From Candidatus Zixiibacteriota bacterium (lineage in GTDB: Bacteria; Zixibacteria; MSB-5A5; GN15; JAAZOE01), in assembly GCA_043819555.1 (NCBI GenBank), contig JBDREQ010000057.1:1-13414 (forward strand): a DNA stretch of 13,414 nucleotides. Reading direction: 5' to 3'. How positions within the stretch are numbered: position 1 is the stretch's first letter; the number at the start of each line of letters is the position of its first letter. This document shows positions 1 through 6,675 of this stretch, in pieces. The notes under the pieces are model-generated. The model was not told the DNA's origin. It worked only from the letters and a program-made list of their open reading frames with translations, and did no database searches. The position numbers and the translations under genes are program-made.

Positions 1-55
1 GTAACAGATTGATCCGGGCAGATAGGTAACACTTTTTGTTAAATAAATCAATCAT
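1..55 (-). CDS. Possible 5' end of a gene running off the left edge (MIDLFNKKCYLSARINLL...), product unknown
   Basis: Minus-strand frame is open from ATGs at 406/403 to the window edge. The ATG at 55 is the most plausible start because the upstream part crosses hairpin repeats. Weak RBS and no recognisable domain. Confidence 0.3.
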   Translation of the reverse strand, partial: MIDLFNKKCYLSARINLL

Positions 56-100
56 AGTCTTTTTTTGTTCTCTTTTTTGTATTCGGTGGTCTGATAATGC

Positions 101-119
101 TGCAATGATAATCATCAAG
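101..119. promoter_or_regulatory. Fur-box-like operator
   Basis: TGCAATGATAATCATCAAG matches the E. coli Fur consensus GATAATGATAATCATTATC at 13/19, with an exact AATGATAATCAT core. An extra GATAATG lies at 93-99. The site is about 45 bp upstream of the minus-strand ATG at 55. Confidence 0.45.
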
Positions 120-145
120 AAGTGCCAGTTTAATTTTATCGCCGG

Positions 146-178
146 GTGCCCCAAGTCTTTAAACTTGGGGGTAGTTCC
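146..178 (+). repeat. REP-like palindrome
   Basis: GTG followed by the perfect 8-bp stem CCCCAAGT-ctttaa-ACTTGGGG (149-170), then GTAGTTCC. Confidence 0.5.
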
Positions 179-234
179 TTCACTCGCCAAGTTTGAATCA
201 TCTAAATTCATTCGGCTTATTGCCCAATTTTCTT

Positions 235-279
235 GTGGCCCATCCGAAAGGGACGAAGTCCCGTCGGGTGGGTTCCCGC
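235..279 (+). repeat. REP-like palindrome (GTRG-hairpin-TTCCCGC family, copy A)
   Basis: GTGG, outer stem CCCATCCGA/TCGGGTGGG, inner stem GGGAC-gaa-GTCCC, then TTCCCGC. Same architecture as the element at 13179-13227. Confidence 0.6.
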
Positions 280-515
280 TTTCAGGCTCATACATCAACT
301 CCATCAATCTCCAATGGCACATTGCCCAGATTCCACATTCGTATTTAATGGTAGAGTAATTGTACGATAATCGTAACGGATTTTGTTCGTCATGGACTGT
401 CATCATGAGTAAGTCAAAAAATGTGTAAAAAAAACGACAGCCACATTTTCCCAATCAATCCGGTGTATTATCCGAAATCATCCGCATTTGTATGATGGAC
501 CTGGTAAAAAAGCAA

Positions 516-554
516 ACACACCCCGCCCTGCGGGCACTCCTCCCAAGAGGGGAA
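516..554. repeat. Tandem-hairpin extragenic palindrome (REP-like); may also terminate the ABC operon
   Basis: ACACACCCC-GCCC-tgc-GGGC-a-CTCCTC-ccaa-GAGGGG-AA contains two adjacent hairpins about 115 bp downstream of the permease stop. On the minus strand it is followed by GTTTGCTTTTTT. Confidence 0.5.
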
Positions 555-667
555 AATCTATTATAAACAGGAATATGTCTTTCGTTATCAACACCGAGTT
601 GATATGGCCAAAAACGTTAATCTGAAGAAACAAACCCATTTTTAAAAATCATTTTCAACCGTCGTGA

Positions 668-1969
668 TCAGCCATCTCGTCTGTTTAGAATCGTAGTTCC
701 GATAATAAACGATACTGCGCCAATACCAATAAGCATTCCCGCCGGAAGCATCATCTCGGCATAAGAAAAATTGCGCCAGACGCCGCCTTCAATGGCTAAT
801 ATCCCCCATTTGACCGGGCTGAAATGGCTGACCGTCAACAACCACGAAGGCATGAACATGACAGGAATCATCCCGCCGCCGGTCATGGCCGCGACCATCA
901 AAATTCCCCACGCCGCGCCGCCGACAGATTCTTCGGTTTTCCCCAAAACGCTTATGAGCATAGACAGACCAACAAAACAAAACGCCGCCGAAATAATACC
1001 TATCGCCAGTATGATTGGATCGCTTACCCTGACCCCAAAAGCGAGATTGCCTATCCCAAGAAGAACGATACATACAGTAATGCTGGCCAGAAAGGCGCCG
1101 AGTCCTTTGCCAGCCAGAATCTGCCCGCGCGAAATCGGCGCGATGCGCAGGCGCAAAAACGTACCGGCGGTTCTTTCTTTCACGATCGAAACGGCAAAAG
1201 CCGCCGATATGCCAATCAAGGCCCACAAAAGCGACGATGGAAATGTAATTTCAAACGGCGAGCGCGGGCCGATATCATCATTGGTAATAGCCGTCATTTT
1301 CATCGGGAATAGATTAAATTGCTCATCATCTTTGGCGGCGGCAGTATCAACGGGGTTGGCTGAATCAGACGGACTCGATTTATTCCCTTCAACTTTATAT
1401 GTAAAATCTTTGAAGGAACCGATAACTTTTTGGGCAGAACTCTTGATTTCTTCGTTTACTCCCCATGAATCTATCCCAACAATCAGACTATCGAGATCGC
1501 CTCGCCAGGTATCAAAATTCGCATAACGCTTTTGGAGAAGAGTAAAATGCGAACGGGTCAGGAGCCCTTGAAGATAACCGGCTGTCATATTGCGGGCAGG
1601 ATCGATGCCGACTTCGATGAGCGGCTCATCGGAAAACATCCCCAGTGTTTCGCCAAAGCCTTTTTTGAAAGTCACTACCGCCGAGAGCTTGCCCTGGCGA
1701 ACATTGGTTTCAGCGCTGTCGCGGCTCGTCTGGCTGACCTGCATTGCAGAAAGACCGCTGATTTCTTCAATAAAGGCTTTGGAATAATCGCTCTGGTCTT
1801 CGTCAATGACGGCGATTTTCATGCCGCTAACCTCACCGCCGCCCCCGGAAAAAATCGTCCCAAAAAACAGGGCGATCAAAAGAGGAAAACCAAGAACCCA
1901 GAATATCGAAGATTTTTCGCGGAAAAGAACCCGGAGATCTTTGACTGCAAGTGTAAATAATATCCCCAT
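668..1969 (-). CDS. ABC-2 type exporter permease (ABC2_membrane_3 family), 433 aa
   Basis: N-terminal KDLRVLFREK motif and a TM helix, a large extracytoplasmic loop (KIAVIDEDQS), the conserved SIVKERTAGTFLRLRIAPISRGQILAGK segment and C-terminal TM helices (GGMIP...P.W). Its ATG overlaps the ATPase stop (TAATG). Confidence 0.92.
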   Translation of the reverse strand: MGILFTLAVKDLRVLFREKSSIFWVLGFPLLIALFFGTIFSGGGGEVSGMKIAVIDEDQSDYSKAFIEEISGLSAMQVSQTSRDSAETNVRQGKLSAVVTFKKGFGETLGMFSDEPLIEVGIDPARNMTAGYLQGLLTRSHFTLLQKRYANFDTWRGDLDSLIVGIDSWGVNEEIKSSAQKVIGSFKDFTYKVEGNKSSPSDSANPVDTAAAKDDEQFNLFPMKMTAITNDDIGPRSPFEITFPSSLLWALIGISAAFAVSIVKERTAGTFLRLRIAPISRGQILAGKGLGAFLASITVCIVLLGIGNLAFGVRVSDPIILAIGIISAAFCFVGLSMLISVLGKTEESVGGAAWGILMVAAMTGGGMIPVMFMPSWLLTVSHFSPVKWGILAIEGGVWRNFSYAEMMLPAGMLIGIGAVSFIIGTTILNRRDG

Positions 1970-2859
1970 TAGTCTCTCAGGCTCCTTCCCGTCAGGTTTA
2001 AAAATACTTTTTCAAGATTAGGCCGGTCAACGCGCAGATGTTTGAAATTCAGTTCCGCCTGCGCCAGCCGGGCCAGGTCTTTCATGGGGTCAGAAGTATC
2101 AATCTTCAAACGATGGCCGTCATATTCGCCCCGGAAATTAATTGGAATCTCCGCCTCATTTTCAATTTCGGCTTCGATTATCGCCTTACCGCCATATTGA
2201 GCAGTCAAATCGTCAACATCACCCATTGCCAGAATCTTGCCATTATCCATTATCGCAACCCGGTCGCATAATCGCTGAGCTTCCTCCATATAATGAGTTG
2301 TATATACAATAGTACGCCCTTGCTTTTTAAGCTCCTCGATACTGTCAAAAATCATATTTCGCGATTGCGGATCGACGCCGACGGTTGGCTCATCAAAAAG
2401 TAAAACAGGAGGGTCGTGAACCAGAGCTCCAGCCATATTCAATCTTCTTTTCATACCTCCGGAAAAAGTGGCAACTTTGCTTTTGCGCCGTTCCGTGAGA
2501 CGACCAAATTCGAGCGCCCATTCGACCCGTTCTTTGAGCCTTTTTCCAGATAATCGGTACAGCCGCCCCAAAAACTCCAGATTTTCCTGTGCGGTGAGCC
2601 CTTCGTATAAAGCAATCGCCTGAGGCGAGTTCCCGATTTGACGGCGGATTTCACCCTTAGTCGGGTCGGCTTCTCCGTTAATATTGACCGTCCCGGAATC
2701 GGGTTTCAAAACCCCGACAATCATGTTGATCGTCGTGGTTTTGCCGGCACCGTTGGGACCCAACAGCCCGAAAACCTCGCCGACAGAAATTGTGAATGAA
2801 ATTCCGTCAACTGCAATGATTTCCCCAAAAGATTTCTTCAGATTTTCAACTTTGATCAT
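1969..2859 (-). CDS. ABC-2 type exporter ATP-binding subunit (DrrA/LnrL-like)
   Basis: Walker [10 protein letters not shown], signature FSGGM, Walker B LLFDE, H-loop TTHYMEEA and the typical C-terminal LEKVFLNLTGRSLRD. Start moved from 2886 to the ATG at 2859 (MIKVENLKKSF), which is preceded by AGGGA. Confidence 0.95.
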   Translation of the reverse strand: MIKVENLKKSFGEIIAVDGISFTISVGEVFGLLGPNGAGKTTTINMIVGVLKPDSGTVNINGEADPTKGEIRRQIGNSPQAIALYEGLTAQENLEFLGRLYRLSGKRLKERVEWALEFGRLTERRKSKVATFSGGMKRRLNMAGALVHDPPVLLFDEPTVGVDPQSRNMIFDSIEELKKQGRTIVYTTHYMEEAQRLCDRVAIMDNGKILAMGDVDDLTAQYGGKAIIEAEIENEAEIPINFRGEYDGHRLKIDTSDPMKDLARLAQAELNFKHLRVDRPNLEKVFLNLTGRSLRD

Positions 2860-2897
2860 ATTTGTCCCTGCGATTACAAAATGCACTATGCTTTTCC

Positions 2898-2926
2898 AAT
2901 ATGATATACTACGAGTATTTGAGCAA
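2898..2926 (-). promoter_or_regulatory. Candidate sigma70 promoter of the ABC operon
   Basis: TTGCTC-N17-CATATT on the minus strand, about 40 bp upstream of the ATG at 2859. The match is imperfect. Confidence 0.3.
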
Positions 2927-3169
2927 GAGTTTCCGTTTTTTAAATATAAAAACTACTCTTTGAAAGCTTGCGAGTTTTTCTGTTCTATTTTTCAGGAAAG
3001 AACTTTGCCACAAATGGACCTCAAATCGGTCTTTTTAATATAAGGTAATACAAGGCGCCCAGAAGGAGGAGTTACTCTTATCTCAAAAATAATTGAATCG
3101 CATTCAACATTTTCGTATGTTATATACTGATATTCTTAGAAAGAAGTTGAAAAAGGTGGCGGCACATTG

Positions 3170-4642
3170 ATGTATACTAAATTGCTGGTGGCGATATGCA
3201 CAGTGATAATTGTTGGAATATCCGGTCAATTGTTTGCGGCTGATGATGATTTTTTTAACAAGCAGGAAATAGACATTAGCGGCACGATTTTGGGGAGCCG
3301 AGAAGGCGACTTTGACGGCGATAAGCGAATCGATCTGGCTTTTTTCGTTAATGAGGAATTTGGCCAGCGAGTGATTTTGATATTTATTCAACGAGAGTCG
3401 GGACGATTTCCCCCCGGCCCCAGCCAGCGAATCTTGTTATCCGCGTCGGCCAATATGGCGCAATGCGCCGATTTAAACTCCAACGGGAAAACGGAGATTT
3501 ATATAATCGACAGCGAGGGCCTGTGGGTTTATGAATACAACAGCGACAGCTTCGAGGACCAACCACGGGCGGCCACACAGGTTGCGACGATATTTATCGG
3601 AGGAATAAAGAACAGAATTTTATCTCATGAGTTTATTTATTCTTTGCCCGATAAAAATATTGCGCTTATGCCTGTCGCGCATGGTTTTGAAATTTGGACA
3701 TATTCGGGAAACAAGTTTTCTCGATCCTCACGTCTTGATTTTTCGCATGATATTCAGGCGGAAGAAACATCTATAAAATTATTTGTCTCTTCTCCGGTCG
3801 TATTTTCTTTTACTTTCCCCAAAGTTTATTCCGGTGACAGCAATGGCGACAATCGGCATGATATCTACCTCTTATGGCCGGATCAATTGCAGATATTTCC
3901 GCAGGGCAGCGATGGAAGATTCGATAATCAGTCGAGTACTCAATACCGATTTCGTGAGATGACTGATGACAATGTTTGTCAAGCGGAAATGGCTGATGTT
4001 AATAACGACGGCTATCTTGACTTGCTTAGCTGTCAAGCTAAGGGGGGGCTATCGGAAGCGGAGACCGAGGTTTCGCTTTTTGACGCCAGTTTACTGCGAA
4101 GTGGCAATATCAGCCCAACTCAGACTATCTCGCTAACTGATATTTGCGGAAATCTTATTATCGACAATTTAAATAATAGCGCCGGACCGGAACTTGTGAT
4201 TCCCGCGATTGAGCTGGGAATTATGTCGACCGTCAAAAAGATGATTTCCAACAAATCTGACCTGCACCTTTTAATTTATCCGATTGATAATCTGGGGCGG
4301 CTTCCCGAGGATCCCAAAATACGTCGCAAAATCACCTGCCGCCTCGATTTTGACCGGACCAATCCGGTAGGCGGTTATCGTATGGATTGGTCAGCGGATT
4401 TTACCGGTGATGGTCTTTTGGATCTGGTCACAGCCGACGGAGGCAGCCAGCTATTGTTTTATTCCGGCTCTACCGAAGAATATCTTGAAGGCCGCGCGTT
4501 TCTGGTAATTGAAATTACGGACCCGGATATCTTAAAACCGGTTCGCCTCAACAATGATAACCGGGATGATTTGATAATCATACATTATCCCAACGGAGGA
4601 ATTAATCGCGTTACGCTGCTAATAACTAATAGCTTTGGATGA
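3170..4642 (+). CDS. Secreted FG-GAP/VCBS repeat protein (probable Ca-binding beta-propeller)
   Basis: Signal peptide (MYTKLLVAICTVIIVGISGQLFA) and seven DxDxDGxxD-like loops: GDFDGDKRID, ADLNSNGKTE, GDSNGDNRHD, ADVNNDGYLD, DNLNNSAGPE, ADFTGDGLLD, RLNNDNRDD. Start is ATG 3170 (or TTG 3167), after AAGGT. Confidence 0.85.
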   Translation: MYTKLLVAICTVIIVGISGQLFAADDDFFNKQEIDISGTILGSREGDFDGDKRIDLAFFVNEEFGQRVILIFIQRESGRFPPGPSQRILLSASANMAQCADLNSNGKTEIYIIDSEGLWVYEYNSDSFEDQPRAATQVATIFIGGIKNRILSHEFIYSLPDKNIALMPVAHGFEIWTYSGNKFSRSSRLDFSHDIQAEETSIKLFVSSPVVFSFTFPKVYSGDSNGDNRHDIYLLWPDQLQIFPQGSDGRFDNQSSTQYRFREMTDDNVCQAEMADVNNDGYLDLLSCQAKGGLSEAETEVSLFDASLLRSGNISPTQTISLTDICGNLIIDNLNNSAGPELVIPAIELGIMSTVKKMISNKSDLHLLIYPIDNLGRLPEDPKIRRKITCRLDFDRTNPVGGYRMDWSADFTGDGLLDLVTADGGSQLLFYSGSTEEYLEGRAFLVIEITDPDILKPVRLNNDNRDDLIIIHYPNGGINRVTLLITNSFG

Positions 4643-4687
4643 AAAATCCTTCTTTAACATAAAATAAGGAATCGTAAGAGTATTTAA

Positions 4688-5608
4688 ATGTCGGGCTCCA
4701 TGCTAAATATTGTGATTAAACTGGCGGCTCTTTTGCTGGCAATACTCTTGTGGTTCAATGTCGTAAGCCAGAAGCCATACGAATACGATATTGCGCTGCC
4801 TTTGAAGGTTATTGATCTTCCCGATGATCTGGCTGCCGTCACGGCGTGGCCCGAATCGCTCATGGTTAAAGTCCAGGCCGAGGGTAATATTCTTCTTCGC
4901 AACGATTGGAAGGAGGATGGATTGAGACTCCGTGGAGGTCGGCTAAAGCGAGGTTTTAATAATTTTATTTACGACCTCGAAACGATTGCCCTGGTACGCT
5001 CCGAGGGTATTAATCTTCTGGAAATCGTTGCTTCTCCGGAAGCACATGTTCAACTGGATCGCGTCGATTCGGCGTATAAACCGATTGCATCCCATCTGGC
5101 TGTCATGCCTGATGAAGATTATATGTTAATTAGTGGCTCCCTTTCAATTGACCCATCCCAGGTGATGGTAACCGGCCCGGCTTCAGTGTTGCGGCAAATC
5201 GATACCATTTATACCGAGGCAAAAATACTCGATCACGCCGATGAACCGATATCATACAAGACCAAACTGGAATTTTCATCCGATGCCCAAATAACTTTTA
5301 GGCAGGATTCCGTCGTTGTGAGCGTCAATATCAATCGAATTATTTCTCGACGTTTCGATTCCGTTCAGGTACGCTATGAAAAGACAGTCAACAATAAAAC
5401 AATCATATTGGATCCGGCTAAAATAAGTTTAATTGTCAGCGGACCCGAATCTTATTTTGATTCATTGTTGGCCTCTTCATTGACGGCACGGATCAATTTA
5501 CCGGTCGGCGTGCCTGCAGGATATGCTATCCCCCGAGCGGACCTGCCCCCGAATTTTTCAATTGAGAAAACTATTCCCGATTCAATCAGAGTTGTTATTA
5601 CACCATGA
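4688..5608 (+). CDS. YbbR/CdaR-like membrane-anchored protein
   Basis: N-terminal KLAALLLAILLWFNV anchor typical of YbbR/CdaR, and repeated P-x-x-V/I-x-V/L-x-(V)-x-G-P units (PESLMVKVQAEG, PSQVMVTGP, PAKISLIVSGP). Stop overlaps the tsaD start (ATGA). Confidence 0.8.
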   Translation: MSGSMLNIVIKLAALLLAILLWFNVVSQKPYEYDIALPLKVIDLPDDLAAVTAWPESLMVKVQAEGNILLRNDWKEDGLRLRGGRLKRGFNNFIYDLETIALVRSEGINLLEIVASPEAHVQLDRVDSAYKPIASHLAVMPDEDYMLISGSLSIDPSQVMVTGPASVLRQIDTIYTEAKILDHADEPISYKTKLEFSSDAQITFRQDSVVVSVNINRIISRRFDSVQVRYEKTVNNKTIILDPAKISLIVSGPESYFDSLLASSLTARINLPVGVPAGYAIPRADLPPNFSIEKTIPDSIRVVITP

Positions 5609-6606
5609 TTGTCCTCGGGATAGAAACTTCATGCGATGAATCGTCCGCGGCCATTGTCCGGGATGGCCGGGAAATTTTATCCAATTGCATTTATACTCAG
5701 GAGATTCACAAAAAATACGGCGGCATCGTCCCCGAACTTGCCAGCCGTGAGCATATAAAAAAAATTATTCCCATCATAAACGAAGCCTTGAATGACGCCA
5801 ATATGCCTCTGGATAATATTGACGTTTTTGCCGCAACCTATGGACCCGGATTAGTCGGCGCGTTACTGGTCGGATTAACAGCAGCCAAATCGATGGCTTA
5901 TGCCTCCGGCAGAATTTTCTGCGCCGTAAATCACCTGGAGGGCCATATAGCTGCCAATTTACTGGTTCATCATGATGTTTACGGCAAATTTCTGACTCTC
6001 CTTGTTTCCGGCGGACACACGATGTTGATTGATGTAATAGAAATGGGGAAGTACACTGTACTGGGCAAAACTCTCGACGACGCCGCCGGTGAAGCTTTTG
6101 ACAAAGTAGCAAAAATTCTCGGACTCGGATATCCGGGCGGAGCCGCCATAGATAAATTGGCCCGAGGAGGGAACCCTGAATTCATAAAATTCCCCAGACC
6201 AGTTATAAAAAATGATTCAATTGATTTTTCATATTCGGGCTTAAAAACTGCGGTGGCAATATATGTGCGGGAATTGTCAAAGGATATGCTCGAAGAACAA
6301 AAAGCTGATATTGCGGCTTCATTCCAGGAGGCGGCGATTGATGTTTTGGTTATGAAATCAAAAATCGCGCTTAATAAAACCTCCCGTGAAATCCTCGCTA
6401 TCTCAGGCGGGGTAGCCGCGAATTCAAGGCTGCGCAAAAAATTGTTCGAAATGTGTCAGACCATGGGAGTGCGGTTAATATATCCGCCTTTTAATCTATG
6501 CACTGATAACGCGGCTATGATCGCGGGGGCGGCATTTTTTCAACGTATGCGCGGAGAAATTTCGGATATGACAACTAATGCCATCCCATATCAAAATCTT
6601 GCCTAA
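5605..6606 (+). CDS. tsaD: tRNA N6-adenosine threonylcarbamoyltransferase TsaD
   Basis: LGIETSCDE, YGGIVPELASREH, GPGLVGALLVG, metal-binding NHLEGH, LLVSGGHT, DDAAGEAFDKVAK, FSYSGLKTA, GGVAAN and CTDNAAMIA motifs. Confidence 0.98.
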   Translation: MIVLGIETSCDESSAAIVRDGREILSNCIYTQEIHKKYGGIVPELASREHIKKIIPIINEALNDANMPLDNIDVFAATYGPGLVGALLVGLTAAKSMAYASGRIFCAVNHLEGHIAANLLVHHDVYGKFLTLLVSGGHTMLIDVIEMGKYTVLGKTLDDAAGEAFDKVAKILGLGYPGGAAIDKLARGGNPEFIKFPRPVIKNDSIDFSYSGLKTAVAIYVRELSKDMLEEQKADIAASFQEAAIDVLVMKSKIALNKTSREILAISGGVAANSRLRKKLFEMCQTMGVRLIYPPFNLCTDNAAMIAGAAFFQRMRGEISDMTTNAIPYQNLA

Positions 6607-6620
6607 AACACCGATGTAAA

Positions 6621-6665
6621 AAAGATAAAAAAGGCCGGATGCGATCCGGCCATAATTTTATCTTT
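6621..6665. terminator. Probable bidirectional intrinsic terminator between convergent tsaD and TPR genes
   Basis: GGCCGGAT-gcg-ATCCGGCC (6633-6651), flanked by complementary AAAGATAAAA (6621-6630) and TTTTATCTTT (6656-6665). The U-tract is strongest for the minus strand. Confidence 0.8.
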
Positions 6666-6675
6666 ATCAAATATT

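Noticed and set aside
112..128. Sigma54-like CTGGCAC on the minus strand
   Set aside because: Perfect -24 element, but TG instead of GC at -12.
140..290. Possible riboswitch (c-di-GMP-I/II, c-di-AMP, cobalamin) suggested by GAAAGGGACG, GTGAAG and GGGCAC words
   Set aside because: Conserved cores are incomplete (no GCAAA...GCAAAGC pairing, no GTAGTGCAACC, no B12 box). The REP interpretation fits better, although an Rfam scan would settle it.
36..359. 107-aa plus-strand ORF, and the 135-codon open minus-strand frame from 406
   Set aside because: Both cross REP-like hairpins and a Fur-like box, with no RBS or recognisable domain. Probably spurious, except possibly the part from ATG 55.
771..2654. 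Alternative-frame and antisense ORFs over the ABC genes (771..1526, 789..1226, 824..1312, 1532..1960 and others)
   Set aside because: Shadow ORFs of well-supported genes, with no motifs.
2684..3578. ORFs 2684..3043, 3104..3391 and 3384..3578
   Set aside because: Antisense to the ABC ATPase or FG-GAP genes, with no coding signals.
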